From an uncultured Planctomycetales bacterium (GTDB lineage: Bacteria > Omnitrophota > Gorgyraeia > Gygaellales > JAHJCI01): a stretch of DNA of 64,000 nt. Under the pieces are notes generated by a model. It did not search any database and was not told the DNA's origin. It saw only the letters and a list, made by a program, of their open reading frames with translations. Shown here piece after piece: positions 47,324 through 56,747 of this stretch. The position numbers were made by a program, and so were the translations under genes. The stretch covers positions 12,218-76,217 of the forward strand of contig CAZQEY010000003.1 of the NCBI GenBank assembly GCA_964592485.1, read 5' to 3'. Positions within the stretch are counted from its first letter, which is position 1. Every line of letters begins with the position of its first letter.

Positions 47324-48478
47324 ATGAAGATATCTAAAAAGGTTGAAAATATGCGGCCTTCAGGCATCAGGGAGTTTTTTGACCTGGTTCTGGGGATGAA
47401 GGAGGTAATATCTCTGGGGGTAGGCGAGCCAGATTTTGTCACTCCTTGGAATATTCGTGAGGTCGGGATATATTCCTTAGAACAGGGTTTTACTTCCTAT
47501 ACCTCAAATAAAGGACTGTATAAATTAAGATTAAGCATAAGCCGATATTTAAAAAATAGATACAACCTTAATTACTGTCCCGATGAGGAAATTTTAATTA
47601 CTGTCGGTGTAAGTGAAGGGTTAGATTTGGCTTTGCGCGCAATTATAAACCCAGGGGATAGAATTCTGATTCCCGCTCCGAGCTACGTTTCCTACGGCCC
47701 GGTTACAGAATTAGCAGGCGGTATACCTATATATATAAATACAAGAGGGCAAGGGTTTAAACTTACTCCTGATGTGTTAAACAAATATATTGATAAAAAA
47801 ACCAAAGCAATTATTCTGAATTACCCAGCAAATCCAACGGGTATTTCTTACACTAAAAAAGAATTAGATGAGATTAAGAAAGTTATCTTAAAAAATAAAT
47901 TACTCTGTGTATCTGATGAGATTTACGCAGATTTAACCTATGACTTTGAGCATACGCCGTTTGCTTTGCTTTCCGGTGCAAGAAATCATACGGTTTATTT
48001 GAATGGATTCTCCAAGGCTTATGCGATGACTGGTTGGCGTGTGGGGTTTGTTTGTGGTTCGAAAGAGATAATTGCTGCTATGACTAAGATACATCAGTAT
48101 ACAATAATGTGCGTTTCCATAACCAGCCAGATGGCTGCATGTGAGGCAGTGCATACAGGTAAAAAGTCAGTTGAGCAGATGAAGCGCGAATATAAAAGAC
48201 GGCGAGAGTTAATGGTTGACAGATTAAGTAAACTGGGTCTTGAGTGTATTAGGCCTAACGGCGCATTTTATATATTTACTTCGGTTAAAAAGACAGGCTT
48301 AAGCTCTTTAGAATTTGCACAGAGATTACTTAAGAAAGAGAAGGTGGCGGTTGTGCCGGGCACTGCCTTTGGCAGAGACTTTGATGATTATATCAGGATA
48401 TCCTATGCCTCCAGTTATGATAATTTAAAGGAGGCATTGTTAAGGATGGAGAGATTTTTAAAAGAGGTAAGAAAATGA
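47324..48478 (+). CDS. Class I/II PLP-dependent aminotransferase (YugH/AlaT-like)
   Basis: SLGVGEPDF, NYPANPTG, SDEIY and GFSKAYAMTGWRVG. Confidence 0.95.
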   Translation: MKISKKVENMRPSGIREFFDLVLGMKEVISLGVGEPDFVTPWNIREVGIYSLEQGFTSYTSNKGLYKLRLSISRYLKNRYNLNYCPDEEILITVGVSEGLDLALRAIINPGDRILIPAPSYVSYGPVTELAGGIPIYINTRGQGFKLTPDVLNKYIDKKTKAIILNYPANPTGISYTKKELDEIKKVILKNKLLCVSDEIYADLTYDFEHTPFALLSGARNHTVYLNGFSKAYAMTGWRVGFVCGSKEIIAAMTKIHQYTIMCVSITSQMAACEAVHTGKKSVEQMKREYKRRRELMVDRLSKLGLECIRPNGAFYIFTSVKKTGLSSLEFAQRLLKKEKVAVVPGTAFGRDFDDYIRISYASSYDNLKEALLRMERFLKEVRK

Positions 48479-49803
48479 AGCCAAAAACCAAACAGGATGT
48501 AATAAGATTAGTCAAACGGCACAAGATTAAATTTATACGTTTATGGTTTACTGATGTATTAGGGTTCCTCAAAGGTTTTACAATCGCTACGGATGAGTTA
48601 AGGCGCGCCTTAGAGGACGGTATGGGTTTCGATGGTTCGTCTATTGAAGGATTTGCCCGCATTGAAGAATCGGATATGATTGCCCGGCCCGATATAAATA
48701 CGTTTGCTCTTCTTCCCTGGGAATCTAAGGAGCGGCCCGTAGCCAGGATGTTCTGTGATATTTATACACCAGATGGTAAGCCATTTTCCGGTGATCCGCG
48801 CTACATTCTAAAAAGGGATTTAGCCAGAGCCAAAAAGATGGGTTTTACCTATTATGTTGGTCCGGAGTTAGAATATTTTTATTTTAATAATCCCCAGAAC
48901 GCAATTATTCTAGATAGGGGGGGATATTTTGACCTTACGCCTCTGGATATTGCTCAGGATGTGCGTCATCAGACGGTAGAGGTTCTTGAGAACCTGGGGA
49001 TTATTGTTGAATACAGTCACCATGAAGTTTCCTCCAGTCAGCATGAGATTGATTTACGCTATACTGATGCACTTACGATGGCGGACAATGTGATGACGTA
49101 TCGGCTGGTAGTAAAGGAGATTGCTCAATCCAGAGGACTTCATGCTACCTTTATGCCCAAGCCAATCTATGGAATGAATGGTTCGGGAATGCATACTCAT
49201 CAGTCTTTGTTTCGCGGTAAGAGCAATGCCTTTTTTGACAAAAAGGATAAGTTCCATTTATCTAGTACTGGCAAACATTTTATTGCCGGCTTACTTAAGC
49301 ATGCTCCGGAAATCACCTCCATAACTAATCAGTGGGTGAATTCTTATAAGCGCCTGGTTGTCGGCTATGAGGCTCCAGTTTATATATGTTGGGCGAATAT
49401 GAATCGCTCGGCCTTAATTCGCGTTCCGATGTATAAACCGGGAAGAGAAAAATCAATGCGTATTGAATACCGCGTCCCTGACCCGGCCTGCAATCCATAT
49501 TTGGCTTTCTCGGTGATGCTTTCTGCGGGGCTGGAGGGAATAAACAACAAATATCCCCTGCCTGAAGCAGCAAATGATAATATTTATAAGATGACCGAAG
49601 CTGAGAGGAGGCGGGCAGGGATTAAAGCCCTACCCGAAGATTTACTGGAAGCGATTAAACTAACAGAGAAATCAGAATTAGTAAAGAAGGCATTGGGTGA
49701 GGAATTATTCAGTTTCTTTATCCGCAATAAAAAAATGGAATGGAATGAGTATAAGGCTCAGGTAACTCAATACGAAACGAATAAGTATCTGCCGATATTG
49801 TAA
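48475..49803 (+). CDS. glnA: Type I glutamine synthetase
   Basis: FDGSSIEG, GPELEY, HHEV, TFMPKP, NGSGMHTH, NSYKRL..GYEAP, NRS and EYR.PDPACNPYL. Confidence 0.95.
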   Translation: MKPKTKQDVIRLVKRHKIKFIRLWFTDVLGFLKGFTIATDELRRALEDGMGFDGSSIEGFARIEESDMIARPDINTFALLPWESKERPVARMFCDIYTPDGKPFSGDPRYILKRDLARAKKMGFTYYVGPELEYFYFNNPQNAIILDRGGYFDLTPLDIAQDVRHQTVEVLENLGIIVEYSHHEVSSSQHEIDLRYTDALTMADNVMTYRLVVKEIAQSRGLHATFMPKPIYGMNGSGMHTHQSLFRGKSNAFFDKKDKFHLSSTGKHFIAGLLKHAPEITSITNQWVNSYKRLVVGYEAPVYICWANMNRSALIRVPMYKPGREKSMRIEYRVPDPACNPYLAFSVMLSAGLEGINNKYPLPEAANDNIYKMTEAERRRAGIKALPEDLLEAIKLTEKSELVKKALGEELFSFFIRNKKMEWNEYKAQVTQYETNKYLPIL

Positions 49804-49856
49804 GGTTTTCCGCAGGGTTCCCCAAAGACATTTTTGCAGAAAGGATAATAATATAC

Positions 49857-49924
49857 TTGACAAGCGCTTTTTTATTTGCTATTCTTTGTGAAAAATAGCA
49901 CAAAGTCTGTGAATATTGTTACAA
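49857..49924 (+). promoter_or_regulatory. rex promoter with two Rex operator sites
   Basis: TTGACA-17 bp-TATTCT, then TTGTGAAAAATAGCACAA (49886-49903) and CTGTGAATATTGTTACAA (49907-49924), matching TTGTGAA-n4-TTCACAA. Confidence 0.8.
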
Positions 49925-50572
49925 ATGAATAACAAAAAAGTACCCGAAGGGACAATCTCGCGCCTGTTCATTTATCTGAGAGAACTCTCAAGCTTAACAA
50001 AGGTAAATATCCATACAGTATCATCCGCGGAATTAGGTGAGAGGACTAATCTAAGCGACGCGCAGGTAAGGAAAGACCTGGGTTATTTCGGTCAATTCGG
50101 CACAAGCGGAGCAGGCTACGACACCAGAGAACTTAAGGCTGCGCTAGAGAAGATACTCGGTAAAAACAAAGCATGGAATGTGGCCGTGATTGGAGTAGGG
50201 CATCTGGGTTCTGCGCTGGTTACCTATCCGGGATTTAAGAAGCATGGTTTGGATATAGTCGCGGGATTTGATTCTGATATCAGAAAGATAGGTAAGCAGG
50301 TGGGGGACGTAGTTATTCAATCGATAGATGAACTATCCAAGACGATTAAAGATAAAAAGATAGCCATTGGCGTTATCACTGTTCCTGCCGAATATGCCCA
50401 GGAAGTGGCGGATAAATTAATTAAGGCAGGAGTGGAATGTATCCTGAATTTTGCTCCCACTGCATTGATTGTGCCAGAGAATATTAAGGTAAAGGACGTG
50501 GATCTTTCCCGGGAACTGGAGACGCTTTCTTACTTTTTGGTTAATCCCCTTAGAAAAAAAGCGTTAGCTTAG
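49925..50572 (+). CDS. rex: Redox-sensing transcriptional repressor Rex
   Basis: RL.IYLR, QVRKDLGYFGQFG..G.GY, IGVGHLG and ILNFAP. Confidence 0.97.
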   Translation: MNNKKVPEGTISRLFIYLRELSSLTKVNIHTVSSAELGERTNLSDAQVRKDLGYFGQFGTSGAGYDTRELKAALEKILGKNKAWNVAVIGVGHLGSALVTYPGFKKHGLDIVAGFDSDIRKIGKQVGDVVIQSIDELSKTIKDKKIAIGVITVPAEYAQEVADKLIKAGVECILNFAPTALIVPENIKVKDVDLSRELETLSYFLVNPLRKKALA

Positions 50573-50596
50573 GACTAAATGCAACTTTCTAAGGGG
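50546..50596. repeat. Palindromic element overlapping the rex stop codon
   Basis: CCCCTTAGAAA...TTTCTAAGGGG. Related arms at 35206-35240 and about 37994-38036. Confidence 0.7.
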
Positions 50597-50655
50597 CTTC
50601 GTTAGATGTTTACTATCTAATGGGGCGGCGTTAACCAGAAGATTACTTAAAGAGG

Positions 50656-51771
50656 ATGTCAGAAATCTACTATTCATCAGCAGCACAATGGGAGGGTTTC
50701 TTAATCGAGTTGAGGCAGTCTTTCCGCGTTTATCTGCCCCGAGCAAAAGACGACGATTATCTCTATGAAGAATACAACCCCCCACACCAAAATTATCGGT
50801 ATGGGGGTAAAGACTCAGGGTTTTTCAGTTTTAATTCCTACCGACCGGTTCAACCAATAAAATCCTTTCTATTCTATTCTAAAGAAAAGGTTGCCCAGGG
50901 TTTTGTCAAATCCTCATTGCCAGAGCCTATCCCCACGGTAGTAGTGGGGTTAAAGAACTGCGATTTGCATTCTTTGAAGGTGCAGGATTATGTGTTTACC
51001 CCGCACCTTCTCCAAAGTAGCGCAGGATTAGGGCAAGAAGGTGCGGGGTTTAAGGAAGGCATCGAGGACGACCCGTTATATAAACAAAAGAGAGAAAACA
51101 CAATTCTTATTTCCGGCGACTGCACTGGTTTTAAAGAGGTCTGCTTCTGTCTTGCCCTTGAGGTCTTACCGCATCCAGTAGAGGGATTTGATTTGAATCT
51201 TTCTCCTTTAACCGATGGATTCTTGGTTGAGGTTGGCTCTAAGCGCGGCAAGGAGTTGATTGAGAAATATCAGAAATATTTTATCAAGGCGAAGGAATCA
51301 CAGATTAGTGCCAGAGATTCCAAACGACAGAATATAATTAATGAATTAACCACCCGCCTTAGTGAAAAAAACTTGCCCAAAAAAGAGATATTACAGAAAA
51401 TTGTCAAACAGGGTTATAATGCCAGTACCTGGCAGGATTTTTGTCTTAACTGTGTAGAGTGCGGCGCCTGTAATTTTGTCTGTTGCACTTGTCATTGTTT
51501 TCTCTTAACTGATACCCAGGATAAAGATAGATATCCACGCTTGCGCATCTGGGATTCTTGCCAATACGCGAATTTTGCCCGGGTTGCCGGAGGGGCGAAT
51601 CCCTTAAAGAGGAGACAGCAACGCCTGAGGAATCGCTTTTTAAAGAAGTTTGATTTCTTTGTTGATAATCTGGGGATGCCAGCTTGTGAGGGATGCGGCA
51701 GGTGCATTGAGGCTTGCCCAGCAAAGATTGATATCAGGGAGGTCCTAAAGGATTTAGCAAAAAATGCTTAA
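50656..51771 (+). CDS. AsrA/sulfhydrogenase beta-like 4Fe-4S dicluster protein
   Basis: KNCDL, CFC, CVECGACNFVCCTCHCF, WDSC and CEGCGRCIEACP. Confidence 0.9.
   Translation: MSEIYYSSAAQWEGFLIELRQSFRVYLPRAKDDDYLYEEYNPPHQNYRYGGKDSGFFSFNSYRPVQPIKSFLFYSKEKVAQGFVKSSLPEPIPTVVVGLKNCDLHSLKVQDYVFTPHLLQSSAGLGQEGAGFKEGIEDDPLYKQKRENTILISGDCTGFKEVCFCLALEVLPHPVEGFDLNLSPLTDGFLVEVGSKRGKELIEKYQKYFIKAKESQISARDSKRQNIINELTTRLSEKNLPKKEILQKIVKQGYNASTWQDFCLNCVECGACNFVCCTCHCFLLTDTQDKDRYPRLRIWDSCQYANFARVAGGANPLKRRQQRLRNRFLKKFDFFVDNLGMPACEGCGRCIEACPAKIDIREVLKDLAKNA
50999..51048. mobile_element. MITE-like palindromic element inserted in-frame in a CDS
   Basis: CCCCGCACCTTCT...AGAAGGTGCGGGG with TTTA on both sides. 50 bp plus 4 bp equals 18 codons. 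Confidence 0.75.
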
Positions 51772-52573
51772 TATATATCAGCCTTTGCCAATACTAGTTG
51801 AGGAGATAATTGAAGAAACCCCTACGATAAAGACCTTTGTCTTGCGTCCCGAAGAGGATTTTAGTTTCAATACCGGACAGTTCGTAGAATTAGGCTTAGC
51901 CGGCTTAGGTGAGGCTCCGTTTACTCCCTCATCTGACCCAAATATAAAAGAGAGATTAGAGATAACCATTATGAATGTTGGCAGCTTGACCTTGCAGCTG
52001 CATTCTTTGAACAAAAATACTCGCTTAGGTATTCGCGGGCCTTTTGGCAAGGGGTATCCCTTGGAAGAATTTAAGGGCAGGGAGATTGTTATTGTTGGCG
52101 GTGGGGTAGGGTTGGCGCCTTTGCGCTCATTATTGTTGAGTCTGTTTTCAGAACTTGGCCAATACAAAAAGGTATTATTAAGGTATGGCGCGCGCACGCC
52201 CAAGGATATGCTCTACCGCAGCCTTCTGGGTAAATGGGCTAAAAAAATTGATGTGGTAACTACTGTAGATGCAGCTGAAAAGGGATATAAGGGCAACGTC
52301 GGTCTGGTAACCACAATATTAAAGGATTTTCCTGTTGATGTTAAACAAGCGGTTGCGGTTGTCTGCGGGCCACCAATAATGATGAAATTTACCACTTTAA
52401 AACTTCTTGATTTAGGGTTTAGTTCATCAAATATATATCTTTCTATGGAGAAGAATATGTCCTGCGGCTTAGGAAAATGCGGTCATTGCCGGATTGGTAG
52501 ATACTACGTGTGCAAGGATGGTCCGGTATTTACCTATGCTCAATTGCAGGATATACCGGATATTTGGGATTGA
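51764..52573 (+). CDS. AsrB/sulfhydrogenase gamma-like FAD/NAD(P)-binding 2Fe-2S protein
   Basis: GEAPF, RGPFGKG, GGGVGLAPLRS, VCGPPIMM and MSCGLGKCGHC..VCKDGPVF. Confidence 0.92.
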   Translation: MLNIYQPLPILVEEIIEETPTIKTFVLRPEEDFSFNTGQFVELGLAGLGEAPFTPSSDPNIKERLEITIMNVGSLTLQLHSLNKNTRLGIRGPFGKGYPLEEFKGREIVIVGGGVGLAPLRSLLLSLFSELGQYKKVLLRYGARTPKDMLYRSLLGKWAKKIDVVTTVDAAEKGYKGNVGLVTTILKDFPVDVKQAVAVVCGPPIMMKFTTLKLLDLGFSSSNIYLSMEKNMSCGLGKCGHCRIGRYYVCKDGPVFTYAQLQDIPDIWD

Positions 52574-52578
52574 TTCAT

Positions 52579-53070
52579 ATGAAGAGACTATTTGTTGATT
52601 TAGAAGTCTGTAACAAATGTCCTGAATGCGTGGTAAAGTGTAGTTACTTTTATCATCCCCAGAATAACGGTATCGCCAATTTACGCGAGTATGCTACCTT
52701 TGCCCTTTATTGCCGGCAGTGCGAGGAGGCTCCTTGCGTTAATGCCTGTTATCATGAGGCATTGGAAAAACAAGTAGATGGGACTCTCAAGCGTTATAAG
52801 ATGCGCTGCACCAGTTGTAAATCCTGTAGTATTGCCTGTCCGTTTGGCACAATATTTCCTGATTTTATCCCTTATCTGGACTCAAGATGCGATTATTGTG
52901 TAGGCGTAACAAAAGAGTTACCCGAATGTATTCTCACCTGTCCCTACAAGGCAGTGGAAATAAAGGAGATTAAGGAAAACCCCGAGGCAGACATCTATTT
53001 TGTGGGTAAGAACCTGGCTGTGCATTCGCGTAAGTGGGTCAAGGAAGAGGTTAGTCAAAAGAAAAAATGA
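52579..53070 (+). CDS. 4Fe-4S ferredoxin-like electron transfer subunit
   Basis: CNKCPEC, CRQCEEAPCVNAC, CTSCKSCSIACPFG and CDYC..CILTCP. Confidence 0.88.
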   Translation: MKRLFVDLEVCNKCPECVVKCSYFYHPQNNGIANLREYATFALYCRQCEEAPCVNACYHEALEKQVDGTLKRYKMRCTSCKSCSIACPFGTIFPDFIPYLDSRCDYCVGVTKELPECILTCPYKAVEIKEIKENPEADIYFVGKNLAVHSRKWVKEEVSQKKK

Positions 53071-53169
53071 CCCCGCACCTTCTTAATATTTACAATTCAT
53101 TTTTAATAAAGGTGTAGGGTTAAAAGATATATAGATAATAAAATTAAGAATAAAAGAGAAGGTGCGGGG
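53071..53169. mobile_element. MITE-like palindromic element occupying a whole intergenic space
   Basis: CCCCGCACCTTCT...AGAAGGTGCGGGG flanked by TGA on both sides. Confidence 0.75.
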
Positions 53170-54077
53170 TGATATTATTTAACTACTTAATCTTTCCCGG
53201 ATTTTTATTCAGTGCAATCATTGGTTTGATTGCCGGATGGGTTGACCGTAAGGTCACAGCACGGATTCAATGGCGGGTTGGTCCGCCCTGGTATCAGAAC
53301 TTCGTCGATTTCTTAAAACTTCTGGGCAAAGAAACAATCCTGCCGCGAAGTAGTAAATTTACATTCTTACTTGTCCCTCTGCTGGGATTAATCTCAGTTA
53401 CGCTGGTTGCCACTATTGTGGGAAGACTGTTAATGAATCCTGCCGAATCCTTTTTAGGGGATTTGATAGTGGTGTTATATCTGTTGATAATACCGGCGAT
53501 TGCCTTAATCCTGGGGGGCAGCGCTTCCGGTAATCCCCTGGCTTCTACTGGCGTATCCAGGGAGATGAAGTTGGTTCTGGCTTATGAGCTCCCCTTTATT
53601 CTGGCGGTGATTACTGTAATGATAAAAGCAGGAAACACAATCAGATTGGGCGAGATTCTTGCTTATCAGATAGGTAATGGCGCGATGTTGGGGTCGGTCT
53701 CAGGATGGCTGGCCTTTATTGTTGCAATATTATGTATGCAGGCAAAACTGGGATTGGTTCCCTTTGATGTTTCTGAAGCTGAACAGGAGATTATGTCCGG
53801 AGTACTTATTGAGTATTCAGGATTTACTCTGGCAATATTTAAACTGATGAAATCAATACTTCTGTATGTTATGCCTTTATTTTTAATCAGCCTGTTCTGG
53901 GCAGCAAATATAGGAGTCCTTTCCTTGGTTGGTAAATATGTTGCCTTACTGGTCATCATTATCTTGATTAAGAATACCAGTCCCCGCTTAAGGATTGACC
54001 AAGCATTTAAGTTTTTCTGGGGACCGATTACAGTCCTCGCAGTTATAGCAGTAATTTCAGCCCTGCTCGGGCTGTAA
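53169..54077 (+). CDS. NuoH/HycD/MbhM-like membrane subunit of an energy-converting hydrogenase
   Basis: DRKVTARIQWRVGPP, D.LKLLGKE and PFDVSEAEQEI..G..IEYSG. Confidence 0.92.
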   Translation: MILFNYLIFPGFLFSAIIGLIAGWVDRKVTARIQWRVGPPWYQNFVDFLKLLGKETILPRSSKFTFLLVPLLGLISVTLVATIVGRLLMNPAESFLGDLIVVLYLLIIPAIALILGGSASGNPLASTGVSREMKLVLAYELPFILAVITVMIKAGNTIRLGEILAYQIGNGAMLGSVSGWLAFIVAILCMQAKLGLVPFDVSEAEQEIMSGVLIEYSGFTLAIFKLMKSILLYVMPLFLISLFWAANIGVLSLVGKYVALLVIIILIKNTSPRLRIDQAFKFFWGPITVLAVIAVISALLGL

Positions 54078-54100
54078 TAGTTGACAGTTGTCAGAAAAAT

Positions 54101-54529
54101 ATGAACTTAAAACTAAAGGCACTAACTAAGTCTCTGTGGGTATTTCACTTATGCATTGGGGGGTCCTGCAATAATTGCGATATTGAGATTCTGGATTTAT
54201 TAACCCCTCGATATGATGTGGAGAGATTTGGGTTAATGCTTGTAGGTAGTATTCGCCATGCAGATGTGCTCTTAATCACTGGCTCATTGTCCAGAAAGGC
54301 AGCACCAAGGGCAAAGAGGCTTTATGAACAGATGCCCAAGCCAGGGGTAGTAGTTGCGGTTGGCTCCTGCGCTTTGGGTCGGGGGATATTTAAAGATGGC
54401 TATAATACACCTTGTCCCTTAGATGAGTTAATTCCTGTGGACCTATATATACCCGGCTGTCCTCCCAAGCCTGAGGCAATGATTAACGGGATAGTAAAGT
54501 TAATTAAAAAAGTCAAAGGCGAAAAATAA
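54101..54529 (+). CDS. NuoB-like hydrogenase small subunit
   Basis: GSCNNCDIE, RHADVLLITG, VGSCA and YIPGCPPKPE. Confidence 0.93.
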   Translation: MNLKLKALTKSLWVFHLCIGGSCNNCDIEILDLLTPRYDVERFGLMLVGSIRHADVLLITGSLSRKAAPRAKRLYEQMPKPGVVVAVGSCALGRGIFKDGYNTPCPLDELIPVDLYIPGCPPKPEAMINGIVKLIKKVKGEK

Positions 54530-54963
54530 TGTCTATACTGGATGAGATCAAGCAGAGATTGAAGGATAAAATAAGCGATTGGTATGAGCATAATCAGCGC
54601 AGGATATATTTCAGCGCGGATAAGAAGGATATCAGGCAGGTAGCCAGCGTTCTGTTCAAAGACTTGGGGTTAAGGTATGTCATCGCCAGTGGCATAGATA
54701 CCCCTAAAGGTTTTGAGATATTATATCATTTCAGTTTTGATAAAACCGGTCAAATAATATCTGTGCGCGTGCTTATTGAGGACAAGCAGAATCCAGAGAT
54801 TGATTCCTTAGCAGTTATATCTCCTGCCTTTGAATGGATTGAGCGGGAGATGTGGGAGATGCTGGGGATTAAATTTAGCGGCCATCCCAATCTGAAACGC
54901 TTGTTATTGGCTGAGGACTGGCCGGAGGGAGATTATCCATTGAGGTGTAAGCGTGAGCCATAA
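54529..54963 (+). CDS. NuoC-like subunit
   Basis: ILYHF and WIEREMWEMLGI.F.GHPNLKRLLL..DWP...YPLR. Confidence 0.92.
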   Translation: MSILDEIKQRLKDKISDWYEHNQRRIYFSADKKDIRQVASVLFKDLGLRYVIASGIDTPKGFEILYHFSFDKTGQIISVRVLIEDKQNPEIDSLAVISPAFEWIEREMWEMLGIKFSGHPNLKRLLLAEDWPEGDYPLRCKREP

Positions 54964-56137
54964 GGTTGTAATTCCCATAGGTCCGTATCATCCCCTTCAA
55001 GAAGAGCCGGAGTTCTTCCAGCTGTTTGTAGAAGGGGAAAAGGTGGTTGATATTGATATTACTATTGGTTATAACCACCGGGGAATCGAGAAAATATGCG
55101 AGTCAAAGCATTTTGACCAGGTTCCCTTTGTAGTGGAGCGCATCTGTGGAATCTGCTCAACCTCTCATCCCTTTGCCTGTGTTAATGCTATAGAGGACTT
55201 AGCAAAGATTAAGGTGCCAGAGAGGGCACTTTATATCCGCACGATTATTGCTGAGATGGAAAGGATACACAGTCATCTTTTATGGCTTGGTTTAGCCGGA
55301 CACTTTATTGGTTACAATACTGTGTGGATGTGGGCTTGGAGGTATCGCGAACCATTGCTTGATTGCTTTGAGATGATTTCAGGTAATAGAAATCATTATG
55401 CAATGATGAAGGCAGGAGGGGTGAGGAGGGATATTCAGAATGAACATATACCCAAGCTAAAAAAGATGCTGGATGAGATGAATCGGGCTCTGGATATGTT
55501 CAAGGGAGCGGTAATGGATGACCCGGTGATTCATTCGCGCCTAAAAGGAATTGGTATTTTAACTCACAAACAGGCAATTGACTGGTCGGTAGTCGGACCA
55601 ACTGCGCGAGCCTCAGGAGTGAATATTGATGTGCGTCGTGACGACCCCTATGGTGCATACGATAAAGTTGACTGGAATGTAATTGTCCTGAAAGAAGGAG
55701 ATGTTTTTGCCAAGACAGTGGTGCGCATATTGGAGATGTATGAGTCAATCCGGATTATTCGTCAGTGTCTGGATAGGATGCCCAAAGGCGAGATTGATGC
55801 TAATGTAAAGGACATACCGCCTGGGGAAGGGATTGGTCGTGCTGAGGCACCGCGGGGAGAAGTGTTTCACTATGTCAGAAGCGATGGCACAAACCGTCCG
55901 ATAAGGTACAAGGTACGTGCCCCCAGTTATATGAACGTTGCCTCTAATAAGATTGCTGCTGTAGGGGCAACGATTTCTGATGCCACAATCACCCTTGCGG
56001 CGGTTGATCCCTGTTATTGTTGCACAGAAAGGGTAGCGGTAATACAAAAGCCTTCTAATAAAAAGATATTAAACGGTTGGGATTTGATTAAGCTTTCTCA
56101 GGAGAAGACCAGGAGGTTGCGGGGAGATAATGGATAA
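54953..56137 (+). CDS. Group 4 [NiFe]-hydrogenase large subunit (NuoD-like)
   Basis: L1 ERICGICS and L2 DPCYCCTER (Ni-binding Cys pairs present), GY.HRGIEK, EAPRGE, and a C-terminal extension after L2. Confidence 0.93.
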   Translation: MSHKVVIPIGPYHPLQEEPEFFQLFVEGEKVVDIDITIGYNHRGIEKICESKHFDQVPFVVERICGICSTSHPFACVNAIEDLAKIKVPERALYIRTIIAEMERIHSHLLWLGLAGHFIGYNTVWMWAWRYREPLLDCFEMISGNRNHYAMMKAGGVRRDIQNEHIPKLKKMLDEMNRALDMFKGAVMDDPVIHSRLKGIGILTHKQAIDWSVVGPTARASGVNIDVRRDDPYGAYDKVDWNVIVLKEGDVFAKTVVRILEMYESIRIIRQCLDRMPKGEIDANVKDIPPGEGIGRAEAPRGEVFHYVRSDGTNRPIRYKVRAPSYMNVASNKIAAVGATISDATITLAAVDPCYCCTERVAVIQKPSNKKILNGWDLIKLSQEKTRRLRGDNG

Positions 56138-56747
56138 GCTCGTTTCCATAAGAGAGCAGATAAACCAGATGGCAGAGCTTGCCCACTCAATGCTGGTCAA
56201 TACATTTGAGGGTTTTATAAAGCATGATTTGGATATATTGGGCGGAGTAATCCAGCAGGAGCATAAGCTTAATGATATGGAGAGGTCGTTGAGCTTTGCT
56301 TTGGTAGAGGTTTCCAAGGAAAAATCCAAGGCAGCCGACAAAAGATATATTAGCCTTCTGGCAGAGATAGTCGCTGATTTAGAAGAGATCGGCGATTACG
56401 TCAAGGATATGATTGAGAGGATTGAAATAAAGATAAAAGAGAAATTATTGTTCAGCGAAGAGGCGCTTTCGGAATATAGGCACCTGTATGATGTTGTCCA
56501 GACCGCTTTATCCGATGCCCTGAAATCATTAAAAATGAACGATAAGAACTTTTCCAGAAGGCTGCTGGGCGATGAACAGCATATTGAACGCCTGTTGACC
56601 AGATACAGGGACGCACATACAAAAAGACTTATTGCCGGGGTTTGCGACCCGCGCACAGGGAATATGTTCTTGAATATTTTAGATTTTACTACTCAGGTCT
56701 TTCATCACACAAAAAGCATTGCTGATAATATCCTGGATTTACAATGA
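56130..56747 (+). CDS. PhoU-domain protein
   Basis: All-helical with E..LNDME, DLEEIGDY and H..RL..G.C, as in the PhoU-like domains of Na/Pi cotransporters. Confidence 0.8.
   Translation: MDKLVSIREQINQMAELAHSMLVNTFEGFIKHDLDILGGVIQQEHKLNDMERSLSFALVEVSKEKSKAADKRYISLLAEIVADLEEIGDYVKDMIERIEIKIKEKLLFSEEALSEYRHLYDVVQTALSDALKSLKMNDKNFSRRLLGDEQHIERLLTRYRDAHTKRLIAGVCDPRTGNMFLNILDFTTQVFHHTKSIADNILDLQ

Noticed and set aside
50656-52573. Anaerobic sulfite reductase operon
   Set aside because: No siroheme-binding AsrC subunit is present in the window.
53169-56137. Respiratory complex I (nuo) or Mbx/Mbs sulfur reductase
   Set aside because: The large subunit keeps both Ni-binding CxxC motifs and a C-terminal extension, and NuoEFG and NuoA are absent.
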